The notes under the pieces were generated by a model. That model worked only from the letters and a program-made list of their open reading frames with translations. It ran no database searches and had not been told where the DNA came from. 64,000 nucleotides of DNA from Candidatus Poribacteria bacterium (GTDB lineage Bacteria > Poribacteria > WGA-4E > WGA-3G): the NCBI GenBank assembly GCA_965197475.1, contig CBDANF010000003.1:2976001-3040000 (forward strand), in the 5' to 3' direction. The first letter of the stretch is position 1. Each line of letters opens with the position of its first letter. Positions 20,316 to 30,823 of this stretch are shown here, piece after piece. The position numbers were made by a program, and so were the translations under genes.

Positions 20316-23195
20316 TTATTGCTGCATTTTTAAATCTGCCCATCTCGTGGTAAGTTTGCCGCTCGCTGATACATAACCTTTCAACCGAACTGTGGTTAAC
20401 TGCTGTCGAACCCCCGCATAAGAAACATCTTCTATCCGGTAATAATAGACGACATTCGGTTTAGCAGTAGTATCTTTCCATGTGTAGGTGTTCCGTTCAC
20501 CTGTTGTGCCTGCACCTTGAATTAGTTTGGCGTTAACGACCATGAATTTCCCATTCTTTGTTTCACTACGCAAGATGTTGAAGCCTGCATTGTTCAGCTC
20601 GGATTCAGTTGTCCATTTAAGAATAACACCTGCTTCAGTACGCTCTGCTCGGAATCTGGAAAGCTGCACAGGCAACGCACCACCACTTTCAATACCGGGT
20701 GCTCCGATGTCGTGAAGGTATCCATAATAAGTAGAAGTATTAGTGGATAGTTTTGTGTAAACAGCAGAAACCCACCCTGTCTCTGTAGTTCCAGGAAGCG
20801 GTGTCCCGTTGTTATGCCTGCGTATCATTGAGGTACGCACGCCCTCTTTCGTCACGCTTGTTGGCAAACGCCAGGCAGGCTTATCGTTGGTGCTTATCTT
20901 ACCATCAAGGTTTCCTACCTCGTCAATTACTTCCCTTGCACTATTACTCAATTTCAGGTAGAACCCTTCTTCACTTAGCACGTTGCTCTGGTGGAGATTG
21001 GGGTGTAGTATGCTAAGGTTGTAAATCTGTTCTTTTGACAAATTATCTGAGGATCGTCCCTGTTTTGAGACTATCAGGAGTGTTTCTTGTGGCTTAATAG
21101 ACTTCTCTTTAAAATTTCTAAAAGTGATAAAATCTTTAAAAGTGATCGTCACATTCAGATTCTTATTAAAATTTATTGTGCCGCGATTTTGAATCTCTAG
21201 GGTCCATCCTTCTATATTTACAGCCTGTGTATGTGAGTGATTGTAAAGTTCTATCCACTGTGGCAGCTTTCCGTCATTTGAGGCAACCATAATTTCACTT
21301 ATGGTGATTTTTTTTGTATCACCAACAGATTCTTGTGAAAGGAAAGATGTAACGTCCCATAGATTGACTGTCCCATCAAATGTTCCCGAAGCAAAGGTCT
21401 TTTCGTCGGGTGAAAACGCTACAGACCAGACATCTGAGGTATGCGGAAGTTCAACTATTGTTTTTCTTGTGGTAACGTTGCGCAGCGTGACAATTCCATC
21501 ACGTGATCCCGAAGCAAAAATTGTGCCATCAGGTGAGAATGCGACAGAAGTTACACCAAATATATGGTGGTAGGTAACTATATTGCGTTTTGCGGTAACG
21601 TCCCACAGTTTTACGTTGCCACGACCATTTCCTCGTCCTGAAGCGAGAATTGTCCCATCAGGTGAGAATGCCACAGAATAGATCCATGCTGTAACACTGT
21701 CCTCCTTAAAGGAAGCAATGTTGTTTCGCGTTGCCACATCCCACAACTTGGTTGAACCATCATAAGCTCCTGAAGCAAGCATCGTTCCATCGGGTGAGAA
21801 TGCCAATGAAAGTACTCCCTTCGTATGTTTATGTTCCTCAAAAGTGCCAATATTGTTTCGTGTTGCCACATCCCACAACTTGATTGAACCATCATAAGCC
21901 CCTGAGGCGAGAATTGTCCCATCCCGTGAGAACGCCAACGAAAGTACTTCCCCTGTATGTCCTTCAAGCGTGCCAATATCGTTTCGTGTTGCCACATCCC
22001 ACAGCTTAACATCGTTGCCTAATCCATAGGCTAACATGTTGCCATCGGAGGAGAATACTGCATTCCTTCCATTAATATTTACAATATTACGCTTCGTTGC
22101 TACATCCCATAGTTTTACGGGAGCCCCTCCTGATACGAGTTTCGTTCCATCAGGCGAAAACATCAAAGAATTCACAATGTTCGTGTGTTCTTCAAAAGCA
22201 TGGATATGATAAGAAGAACTTTCTGCAAGTGCAAATACTATTCCACTCGTATCCCCATTTATATCAATAGCCTTTGCAATCATGTAATGTGAAACAGCAC
22301 TGGAAAGACTAATGAAGCCATGACTCGAAGTAGCACCATCATATTCAAACTCGACGATAGCTTGTTTTTTGCCTGCTAATCCACGACAAGCGTATAGTGC
22401 AGCATAAGCATTTAAACGCACTTGCTGCAGCCCTTCTGTGTCACTAACTTTGAGTTGAATCTTGACGCTCTTTGAACCTGCTGGAAATGTAGGTGGTGAA
22501 ATCAGTTCTATAGTGGGAGCTACCCCTCTTTCAATTGGAACATTGGGATTAAAATAAGGATGCACTTCCAGATATTCAGCAGCGCATGCAGATAACTGAT
22601 TCTGTCCTGGACCGTAAGACAAGATATACTTGCCATCTCTAAAATCGTGTCCCAATCCAAAGGCATGTGCCAGCTCATGTGCTACCAGGCCAAAGTCAAA
22701 TATGGCAGGAACCGTCAAATTACCCCAATTTTTTCCCCCACCTCCAGTTCCACCTACACCCGAATCAACTCTATTCCTACTGTTGTCCCAAACAAGAAAA
22801 TAAACATTGTACGCAGATCTATCAAACTTCTGATCAACTTCCTGCCAATGCCGATGATTAGTAAGATAATAATTATCAGAGTGCAAGCCATCCACACGAT
22901 GTACCTTCGGTTCGCCTTTGTCATCGGTTTCAATGCGAAAGGTTTTCCTGCCGTAGCCGTGTACTTCCATCTGATCAGCAAAGAAGGTTTGAAGGGTGCG
23001 GATCATATCTTTCATCTTCTGAACTACTTCGGGACGATATGGCCGGTCATTAGGCAGAAAGTAGATCATTCGAACTGTGCGGGGTTCACCAACGTTCAAA
23101 TTCTGTCCGTAACTAATCCCTTCCATGCCCAAGACTATCAAGACGATAGCTAACGTTAAAACAAATAATTGATTGCTTGAAGTATATGTTTTCAT
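20316..23195 (-). CDS. Secreted multidomain protein: zinc metallopeptidase, WD40 propeller, lamin-tail-like domain, LPVxL domain and WxxLK C-terminus
   Basis: GGAGG RBS before MKTYT. HELAHAFGLGHD (HExxHxxGxxH), WD40 repeats, ITISEIM...QWIELYN, LPVQLSRF...WTTESELNNAGF, ending VSASGKLTTRWADLKMQQ. Confidence 0.85.
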   Translation of the reverse strand: MKTYTSSNQLFVLTLAIVLIVLGMEGISYGQNLNVGEPRTVRMIYFLPNDRPYRPEVVQKMKDMIRTLQTFFADQMEVHGYGRKTFRIETDDKGEPKVHRVDGLHSDNYYLTNHRHWQEVDQKFDRSAYNVYFLVWDNSRNRVDSGVGGTGGGGKNWGNLTVPAIFDFGLVAHELAHAFGLGHDFRDGKYILSYGPGQNQLSACAAEYLEVHPYFNPNVPIERGVAPTIELISPPTFPAGSKSVKIQLKVSDTEGLQQVRLNAYAALYACRGLAGKKQAIVEFEYDGATSSHGFISLSSAVSHYMIAKAIDINGDTSGIVFALAESSSYHIHAFEEHTNIVNSLMFSPDGTKLVSGGAPVKLWDVATKRNIVNINGRNAVFSSDGNMLAYGLGNDVKLWDVATRNDIGTLEGHTGEVLSLAFSRDGTILASGAYDGSIKLWDVATRNNIGTFEEHKHTKGVLSLAFSPDGTMLASGAYDGSTKLWDVATRNNIASFKEDSVTAWIYSVAFSPDGTILASGRGNGRGNVKLWDVTAKRNIVTYHHIFGVTSVAFSPDGTIFASGSRDGIVTLRNVTTRKTIVELPHTSDVWSVAFSPDEKTFASGTFDGTVNLWDVTSFLSQESVGDTKKITISEIMVASNDGKLPQWIELYNHSHTQAVNIEGWTLEIQNRGTINFNKNLNVTITFKDFITFRNFKEKSIKPQETLLIVSKQGRSSDNLSKEQIYNLSILHPNLHQSNVLSEEGFYLKLSNSAREVIDEVGNLDGKISTNDKPAWRLPTSVTKEGVRTSMIRRHNNGTPLPGTTETGWVSAVYTKLSTNTSTYYGYLHDIGAPGIESGGALPVQLSRFRAERTEAGVILKWTTESELNNAGFNILRSETKNGKFMVVNAKLIQGAGTTGERNTYTWKDTTAKPNVVYYYRIEDVSYAGVRQQLTTVRLKGYVSASGKLTTRWADLKMQQ

Positions 23196-23511
23196 ATAAT
23201 CCTCCTGTTCGTTTGATTTCATCAATTTCATTATAAACTGTTTTTGAAAACCTAAATTGCTACCTAAACACACATCCTGATTCAATTGCAAAAAACCATA
23301 TTTAACACTATGTTTGTATTATATAATTTATTAATATATGTCTTTATATGAATATAATACTTAAATTAAACTTGTATGTCAAATTAAATCTTTGTGTGAT
23401 TTTAAAATGAAGGATAATTGGAAGGATGTTCAAGCAAAACAGGATCTGAACACCTATAATCTTTGGGTGGCAATTTGGGTTATGAAAGAGAGGATTTGTT
23501 AGCAAACTCCA

Positions 23512-25398
23512 CTACTGTTCTTTTTTCATCTCAATCAGATGTGCACCTTCTAATCCTGCACGTACATCCTCATCGTAACTCGTCACAACCACCTGATGCT
23601 CCTCAGCAAGTTGATGGATAAAATCTACCATCAATGCTTTTCGTTCGCCATCTAAATGAAGCGTTGGATCATCAAACACAAAGAAACCGGGATTACCTAA
23701 AACTTTGGCGAGTGCCACCTTGAAGCAGAGATACAGGAACATTTTTTCGCTACCACTCAGCAACATCAAACTCCGATCTACACCGTCTATATTAATTGAA
23801 GGAAGCAGATGCTGCCGTTGCAGGTCAATACGCGTGCGTCCAAAAAGTTCCATCTTCCCAAGCCAGCGATGCAGTTCTTCCTCCGCGGGCTTAAGGATTT
23901 GGCGTTGAAGTGTATCAATGGTTTTTTCTACCCCCGCACAAGCAAGTTCCAAACTCAGCGTTGTCTTTTCAACCTGTTCTGCTTCAGCATTCACCTTCTG
24001 AAGTCGCTCAAGTCTATCTAATTGCACTGCTTCTTCCTGCTTGAGTTTTTCAAGTTTTTTTCTTTGACTGTCTATTTGTGCTTTCAACTGACCTTTATCC
24101 AAATTGGCAGGAACAGATTTTTCAGATTGGGAATCGTTGTTGATTGATGCATCCGTTGTCTCCGCCTCGTCTAACGTACCTTTCTCACTTAGCCGCATTG
24201 TGAGTGTGCCAAGCTCTGTCTCTATTTTGCCGATAGCCTGTTCAAGTTGTTCTAACCGAGATACGCGTGACTGTAAGGTCTGGAGTCGTTGTTCAAGTTC
24301 CTGTCGACTCTCTAAATTTTCGGTTTTTTCGGTAAGCGTTTTTTTGTGGGATTCTAATTCAGCTGAGAGATGCGATTTTTCGATCTCCTTTTCCCCAACA
24401 ATTTTCTGAACGATTTCCTGTTCAATCTTCTGGTGGCAGGTGGGGCAATGTCCTTCGTCACTCTCAATTAGCGTGCTAAGGGTACTACATACGTTCATCA
24501 ACGCAGTAATTTGAGAGTCAAGGCTGCCGATTTTTTTGATTAGCTCCTCGCGTTCCACTTCTAATCCTGCAGCATCCTTAATAGCGGTCTCAATAGTCGT
24601 TATCATGTCCCGTAGATGTGAGATATTGTTGAATCCACTCAAGGTTTCTGTCCGCTCTTGCGTGAGAATATTTAACTGTGTTTGTGCCTGTTTCCTGCTC
24701 TGCTTCCACTCAGCGATTAATTCTGCATCCCCTGTTTCCGTGCTATATGCCGCTTCTAATTCTTTCAATTTCGCTTCTATCTTTTCAATCTCTGTTTTGT
24801 GTGCATTCTGTGCATTGAACCGTAGGCTATTCTGATGTGCCTGAATCCTGTTACGTTCACGTTTAGCGAGGCGGCGTGCGTCAATAAACCGTTCCCGAAC
24901 CTCTATCAATTTGTCAATGCCAAGCAGAGCGTATAAGATATCGCGTCGAGTTGCAGGTTGACGGGAAAGAAATTCAAAAATCTCACCTTCACGAAGGAAC
25001 GTTGTCAAGGCAAGCCGGTCGTGCATTATCCCAAATCGCTCTTTCAAAGCAGCCTCAACTACCGTTATACGCTTATCATCAAAAACAATATACCACTCAC
25101 CATTTTTTTCATGTCTGAGTTGGAAACGTTTACCTGTCCCACGGAAAAGCATGTATCGTTCGTCATTTTCTACGAATTGAAGTCCCGCTGTCCCACTATA
25201 CGATTTTGCACTTTTTATCGCTGCAGCATCAACCCGTGGCACTATCGGTTTACCAGTTAAGGTGAAAAAGATAGCGTTGACAAGCGTGCTTTTTCCGCTG
25301 AAGTTGGGACCGAAAATGAGATTGATACCGTCAGACAGTTCAAAATCTTGTTGTTGAAAACAACCGAATGTCTTTAGACGGATACGCTCTAATCGCAT
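23512..25398 (-). CDS. SbcC/Rad50-like SMC ATPase
   Basis: Walker A GPNFSGKS, coiled coil with CPTC zinc hook, signature LSGSEK and Walker B FVFDDP. Confidence 0.88.
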   Translation of the reverse strand: MRLERIRLKTFGCFQQQDFELSDGINLIFGPNFSGKSTLVNAIFFTLTGKPIVPRVDAAAIKSAKSYSGTAGLQFVENDERYMLFRGTGKRFQLRHEKNGEWYIVFDDKRITVVEAALKERFGIMHDRLALTTFLREGEIFEFLSRQPATRRDILYALLGIDKLIEVRERFIDARRLAKRERNRIQAHQNSLRFNAQNAHKTEIEKIEAKLKELEAAYSTETGDAELIAEWKQSRKQAQTQLNILTQERTETLSGFNNISHLRDMITTIETAIKDAAGLEVEREELIKKIGSLDSQITALMNVCSTLSTLIESDEGHCPTCHQKIEQEIVQKIVGEKEIEKSHLSAELESHKKTLTEKTENLESRQELEQRLQTLQSRVSRLEQLEQAIGKIETELGTLTMRLSEKGTLDEAETTDASINNDSQSEKSVPANLDKGQLKAQIDSQRKKLEKLKQEEAVQLDRLERLQKVNAEAEQVEKTTLSLELACAGVEKTIDTLQRQILKPAEEELHRWLGKMELFGRTRIDLQRQHLLPSINIDGVDRSLMLLSGSEKMFLYLCFKVALAKVLGNPGFFVFDDPTLHLDGERKALMVDFIHQLAEEHQVVVTSYDEDVRAGLEGAHLIEMKKEQ

Positions 25399-25399
25399 A

Positions 25400-25606
25400 T
25401 TAATCGTCTCTTTTTTCTTGGATCATGTCGTAAAGCATTTGGGCTCTGACTTTTTCGCGTCCATTTGTCAAAGTAAATTCAAAGGCATTCACAATCGCTT
25501 CAAGTTCAACAGGACCAAGGGTGATATATTTCGGGTCGTGCTGGATAAGTGCCTCTATTTCATTTTTATAAATTTCCCGTGTTTCATTTTCGAGAACTGT
25601 GTCCAT
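25400..25606 (-). CDS. Hypothetical protein (68 aa)
   Basis: GAGG RBS; packed 1 nt from the SMC gene start. Confidence 0.6.
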   Translation of the reverse strand: MDTVLENETREIYKNEIEALIQHDPKYITLGPVELEAIVNAFEFTLTNGREKVRAQMLYDMIQEKRDD

Positions 25607-25654
25607 AGTGTTATACCTCTATAAAGATTATCTCACCATACCTGCTGCTATAGA

Positions 25655-26848
25655 TCAGATTTTTGATTTAATCTTCATCAACCGTTCACCCGCTTCCACC
25701 AGAATATCATCCGCCATGCTAAACATAAATCGGAACTTTGTTTTGCCGAGGTGTGGGCGACTGTAGAAACTGGAACCCGGCACACCGCCTACACCGATTT
25801 CTTTTACTAACCAATGGGCAAACGCTGTATCATCAGAAAACCCAAAATCGGTGATGTCTGTCATAATGTAATAAGCAGCCTCTGGTGGATGACAGCGAAA
25901 TCCTGCTTCTCTGAGTGTATTAACGAGTCGTTTGCGATTTAAGTCATATTTCGCGACCAATTCTTGATAATAACTCGGTGGCAAGTTGAGTGCAGCGACA
26001 CCCGCACGCTGCAACGGATGCGGCGCACCGACTGTCAAGAAATCGTGCATTTTGCGGATTGCATCTGTTAAAACCTCAGATGCTATCACATATCCTAAAC
26101 GCCATCCTGTCATCGAATACGTTTTACTCAACCCTGACACAGTAATAGTCCGATCCTGCATTTGCGGCAGAGATCCGATGCTAATATGTGGTTTGTCGTC
26201 ATAAATCATGTGCTCATATATCTCATCAGTTACAGCGATGCAATCATACACACAGCATAGGTCCGCTATCTCATGAAGTTCGTCAAGCGTAAAAACTTTT
26301 CCGATCGGATTGTTGGGAGTGTTTAAGATAATCGCTTTTGTGTTGACTGAAAACGCCTTTTGAAGTTCGGTAATGTCGTAAGTAAACCGCATCACACCAT
26401 CTGTTGCAAGTGTCTCCCGAAGTGCAACATACATCGGCTTCGCACCAGAGATAATTGTATCCGGACCATAGTTTTCATAAAAGGGTTCAAAAATGATAAC
26501 CTCATCACCAGGGTTGATAATTGCAAGCAGTGCTGACAGCATGCCTTCAGTTGAACCACAAGTGACGGTAACGTTTTTGGCAGCATCGGTTGGAATGTCA
26601 TTGAACGTCGTCATTTTGCGTGCGATTGCTTCGCGAAACTCCGGTGCTCCCCACGTAATGCTATACTGGTTATACCCTTCTTGAATTGCCTCAATTGCTG
26701 CAGCTTTGACTACATCTGGCGGTTGATATGCAGGGGTGCCTTGCGACAGGTTAATCGCATTGTGACGCAAACAGAGCTGCGTCATACCTCGGATAACCGA
26801 TTCAGTGAAGCGGATTGATTTGTTTGAGAGTTTGGGTTGAAGGGAAAT
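25655..26848 (-). CDS. Class I/II PLP-dependent aminotransferase
   Basis: AINLSQG, NTPNNPIG, TDEIYEH and SGLSKTYSMTGWRLGY. The frame stays open upstream of ATG 26785 (FTESVIRGMT) to a possible ATT start at 26848. Confidence 0.88.
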   Translation of the reverse strand: MSLQPKLSNKSIRFTESVIRGMTQLCLRHNAINLSQGTPAYQPPDVVKAAAIEAIQEGYNQYSITWGAPEFREAIARKMTTFNDIPTDAAKNVTVTCGSTEGMLSALLAIINPGDEVIIFEPFYENYGPDTIISGAKPMYVALRETLATDGVMRFTYDITELQKAFSVNTKAIILNTPNNPIGKVFTLDELHEIADLCCVYDCIAVTDEIYEHMIYDDKPHISIGSLPQMQDRTITVSGLSKTYSMTGWRLGYVIASEVLTDAIRKMHDFLTVGAPHPLQRAGVAALNLPPSYYQELVAKYDLNRKRLVNTLREAGFRCHPPEAAYYIMTDITDFGFSDDTAFAHWLVKEIGVGGVPGSSFYSRPHLGKTKFRFMFSMADDILVEAGERLMKIKSKI

Positions 26849-26860
26849 TTTGAATATCCT

Positions 26861-27784
26861 TTATCTACTTTTTGTTCCGAAATACAACTGTGGGCTATTT
26901 TCTTCATAATCATCAGATTCATCGGTATTTTTGATCGCTTTGGTTGCTGGTAGTTCAAAGTTTGTGACAAGTGCTTCCAACATAGGTTTTCTATTTGATT
27001 CATTGGCACCGACATGATAAAAATGTTCTCGCGTAATGATATTAAATTCTAACCACAAGGTCGGAATAGCTGGATTTTCTCTGTGTTCGTTGCTATGCCA
27101 AGTCGAGAGTATAAATCGTGCTTTGGATGTTTTCAGACCCTCATAGAGCGATTTTTCGTTCTCTCTGTTCCAACTATTAAAATAATCTGTATGTCGTCCG
27201 GCATAAGGTGGATCACAATAAATGAAATCCGCTCCGGTTGCACGAGATAAAGTGATGCGAAAATCCTGATGTAAAAAAGTCCAGTCGCTGATGCTGGCAA
27301 GTTTACAGACCCAATCAACCTGATTCACAATTTTGGTAATATAAGCTTTAGAAAAACGTTCCGGTTTGTGTCCGAACGGCACATTAAACTCGCCCTTTCT
27401 ATTAAAACGAATGAGTCCATTAAAGCAGGCACGGTTCAAAAACAGGAAATCATGCGGGGATTTTTCCGCATTAAACCGTTCACGAACTTCATAATAGTAA
27501 TCTGCACCATGCTTTGCTAACTTGCTCCCTTCTGATTCAAGGAATTCACGCGTAACAATCGGAGTGATAGTCCCGTTGTTTATTCCCTGATAGAAGGCGA
27601 TGAGATGTGGGTTCGTATCAGAGAAAAGTGCCCTACGCGGTTTAAGGTTAAACCCAACAACACCAGAACCCATAAACGGCTCAATCCAAAGACCTTTGCC
27701 ATCCCATCGGAGTGTTTCTGCAATCCATGTGACCAACTTGCTTTTGATACCCTGACATTTTATAGGCGGAATAAGTACCTTCAT
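26861..27784 (-). CDS. Dam-family DNA adenine methyltransferase (M.EcoRV-like)
   Basis: PPIKCQGIKSKL, WIEPFMGSG, FNVPFGHKP and YCDPPY. Confidence 0.92.
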   Translation of the reverse strand: MKVLIPPIKCQGIKSKLVTWIAETLRWDGKGLWIEPFMGSGVVGFNLKPRRALFSDTNPHLIAFYQGINNGTITPIVTREFLESEGSKLAKHGADYYYEVRERFNAEKSPHDFLFLNRACFNGLIRFNRKGEFNVPFGHKPERFSKAYITKIVNQVDWVCKLASISDWTFLHQDFRITLSRATGADFIYCDPPYAGRHTDYFNSWNRENEKSLYEGLKTSKARFILSTWHSNEHRENPAIPTLWLEFNIITREHFYHVGANESNRKPMLEALVTNFELPATKAIKNTDESDDYEENSPQLYFGTKSR

Positions 27785-28626
27785 TTCGAGTTTCCCTTCC
27801 TTCGTCTTGTTCTCGGGTTAATAAGACTTGTGTCTCCACCTCTGTAGATTACAAAATCATGCAAATTTGTAATCTTTTTCGTTTTGCCTGTATCGTCCTG
27901 CACGGTAATCTTTCCGTAATTCATCCAATAGTCATCAAACCACTTTTCACCTAACATGTTGAACATACCTTTGCCTGATACAATGTCAGCGATTTTATCA
28001 ATGCTACCTATGTTTGCAGTATTGCCGCTGCCGCTTCTGTCACTCGCTATTTTCCATTTTTCAGCCACAAAAAACTGAAAATCTCTAATAACAGAAGGAA
28101 TTGAATCTAAGTGTTCAAGCATGTATGACTTTGTTTCATCAATTGACGTTGCACTTGCACGTGTATAGATAATACCCAAACAGAAATGTCCTGCGTATTC
28201 ATTGTAGGGAAACTGAATGTTTTTACGGTTGTTCCTGTCTACAAAGTAAATTCCATGTGAACCAAGCGTGAATCCATTACAGAATTCTGGGTTTTCAGGA
28301 TTTCTGTACGTTGTTTTAAAATCAAGGGCAAACTTATATTCTTCAGTTTGATGAACCAAAGAAATATCGGGGTAATAATTCTGTTTTTCTGCAGGGATAA
28401 GCGTGTAACCATTTTCTTCTGCAAATGTTAACAATCGAGGGTATAGATGGATCTCTAACAGCTTAGATACGATTTTCGTATCCGATGAAATCGTATAAAT
28501 CTTCCGAAAGACATCAATAAAACCCTTGATTGTCCATTGACCGTCAGCGGTACTAACGTATGAATTGAGTGTTTCAACGAATCCATTCAGTCTTGTCGCG
28601 AATACGCTCTTTACTGCTTCTTGCAT
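27781..28626 (-). CDS. Type II restriction endonuclease, EcoRV-like
   Basis: SSDTKIVSK, QNYYPD...ALDFKTTY, FTLGS, KNIQFPY and GSGNTANIGS resemble EcoRV; overlaps the MTase start. Confidence 0.88.
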   Translation of the reverse strand: MQEAVKSVFATRLNGFVETLNSYVSTADGQWTIKGFIDVFRKIYTISSDTKIVSKLLEIHLYPRLLTFAEENGYTLIPAEKQNYYPDISLVHQTEEYKFALDFKTTYRNPENPEFCNGFTLGSHGIYFVDRNNRKNIQFPYNEYAGHFCLGIIYTRASATSIDETKSYMLEHLDSIPSVIRDFQFFVAEKWKIASDRSGSGNTANIGSIDKIADIVSGKGMFNMLGEKWFDDYWMNYGKITVQDDTGKTKKITNLHDFVIYRGGDTSLINPRTRRRKGNSK

Positions 28627-28768
28627 ACAATATAACCACGAAAATTAATGACTTTAAGTTGATCATGCAATACAATCGATAAGAAAGTGTAGCACTGGGC
28701 ATCTTAATTCTTTAGATATTTTACAAAATTGTTCAACCTTTTGTTAATTTTGAATGTCCCATCAACGC

Positions 28769-29320
28769 CTACACATCGGTTCTATAACTTAAAATAATAC
28801 CGTCATCCAGCGGAATATCAACAGAGTGTAACAACGGCGTATTAAAAACGAATTCCACATAATCCTGCATCTCATCACGCATCGTCACGGTATCGTCAGC
28901 AACAATTAAACCGCCAGCACGTATCATCGGCAGAACTAAATTCAGATAACGCAGATATTCGTCTTTTTGCGCATCAAGGAACACAAAATCAAAGATCGCA
29001 TCACACTTTGGATTTCGTCAAGTGCGTTTCCAACCCGTATATCAACTATTCTACTTAATCCGGCTTCTATAAGATGTGCTTGCGCTTCTTCTGCGCGCTT
29101 TGGATTGGACTCCAACGTGATGAGTCTGCCATCAATCTCTTCCAGTGCCGCAGCAAGCCAAATTGTAGAATATCCGTTGCTGGTTCCGACTTCAAGGACG
29201 TTTTGTGCGTGAATAGATCGGATAAGAATAGAGAGAAATTGCCCATTTTCTGGGGCGATATTCGTATACTGTTTTGCCGTTTTTTTCAAGTCGTTTTAAA
29301 ATATGTTCGTAATGTTCCAT
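28769..29320 (-). pseudogene. O-methyltransferase (Methyltransf_3-like), two homopolymer frameshifts
   Basis: Three pieces: MEHYEHILKRLE, KTAKQY...VLEVGTSNGYSTIWLA...DEI, and KCDAIFDFVFLDAQKDEY. Shifts at T7 (29280-29286) and GG (29010-29011). Confidence 0.75.
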
Positions 29321-29395
29321 TTCAGATTAGACTTCGTTCATAATATTGATAATGTAGGAATAATATCATAGAATGTATCACCTGTCAAGAGTGTT

Positions 29396-30235
29396 TTATC
29401 GTTGGAATAGCTGCCAACTTCTACCGGGAAGGTCAGCGCGAAACACCTCAACATTTCCGCGATCTGCCATCGTTACGTAGCACGTGCATCCATCAGAACC
29501 TCCAATTGCAATATTTGAGCAGAGTTTACCTGTTAATTCTACTTCCAATATCACCTCACCTTCCGGTGAGAGTTTCGCCACTGTGCCTTTGCCGTGTCGG
29601 GTAACATAGAGATTGCCTTCAATATCACAGCGCATTCCATCCATATTGAAATCCGGAAACTGAATTAATAACCGCTTGTTACTAATATCCCCTTCAGGCG
29701 ATAGATCATAAGCCCAGATGTTGCGCTGCACCGATTCGTTGACATAAAGCACCTTCTCATTGGGGCTCACCTCAATACCGTTTGTAGTACCCATGTCCGC
29801 TTCCAATAACGTAACCTGTCCATCTGTATCTACTCGCCAAAGCTGCCCAGTTGACTCGCCCCAATTCGGATCACTCGCGTAGAATATATCATTAGCACCA
29901 ATAGCAAGGTCATTCGGTTGATTCATTGTCGGTTCGTGTGCATGCACACTAATTTCGCGCGTTTGCATGTCCACTTTTAAAACATTATGGTTCGTATAGT
30001 CTGCGATGAACATGAAACCGTCGCTGTTGAAACGGATGCCGTTGCCGATGCTACCGGTTGGTAGTTCGACAAAAACGCTTGCTTCACCTTCGGGTGTTAC
30101 CTTGCCGATGGTATGTTGCCGTTCAAAGTTTACGGCGTATAAGTTGCCATCTGCATTGCAGGCGGGTCCTTCGATTCCAGACGTAAATCCGTTGACGGGT
30201 GTAAATTCTTGACTGACAAAAAGTTCTTCGTTCAT
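29396..30235 (-). CDS. SMP-30/gluconolactonase family protein
   Basis: EGP, PND, TNGIEVSP and MDGMRCD motifs. Confidence 0.9.
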   Translation of the reverse strand: MNEELFVSQEFTPVNGFTSGIEGPACNADGNLYAVNFERQHTIGKVTPEGEASVFVELPTGSIGNGIRFNSDGFMFIADYTNHNVLKVDMQTREISVHAHEPTMNQPNDLAIGANDIFYASDPNWGESTGQLWRVDTDGQVTLLEADMGTTNGIEVSPNEKVLYVNESVQRNIWAYDLSPEGDISNKRLLIQFPDFNMDGMRCDIEGNLYVTRHGKGTVAKLSPEGEVILEVELTGKLCSNIAIGGSDGCTCYVTMADRGNVEVFRADLPGRSWQLFQR

Positions 30236-30453
30236 TTTGTGCTCCTGGATTTTCGGTTTAATTTGTATTGGTTATATATCTATATTTTAGCACAACCGTA
30301 AATATAATTGCAGTTTTTACCGAAGATAGCCAGAGTTATTTAGTTTTCGATTTGTGTGTTTTATCACAAACGTTAATATTACTATATGCACATTTTGTGT
30401 GTATTTTCAAGTTGGATGTATATATTTAGCTTCACGACCTAACTCGTGATATT

Positions 30454-30823
30454 GTAGGTCGGGTAAAGCGAAGCGAAACCCATAGCCATTAATTTAGTGT
30501 GTGTTTTATGACAAAAAGGTGTTGATTTGTGAAGACAGCAGCACCAGCGGTGCGGAATGTGTATAGAAAACGGTGTCCAACACACTCTTGAACCCCAGCG
30601 GGGTGACAGGTGTCTGACAACACGTGCACATGGACACCTTTCGCCCCGCTGGGGCTTGAGTTTGGTGGGGGTCGCGTGTCTTATACACCTTTTGCCCCGC
30701 TGGGGCTTGAATATCCAAAATATAGGTTTATTTCCTTAAATTGACACTTATGGGTAAAGCGAAGCGAAACCCGACACCGATAGTTTTTGACATATCGGGT
30801 TTCGTAAACTCTAGCCGACCTAC
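30454..30823. repeat. Nested REP/MITE-like repeat cluster
   Basis: Outer gtaggtcgg (30454) / ccgacctac (30823) pair. 21-bp direct repeat gggtaaagcgaagcgaaaccc at 30461-30481 and 30752-30772. Inner palindromes ccccagcgggg and two gccccgctggggc. Confidence 0.75.
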
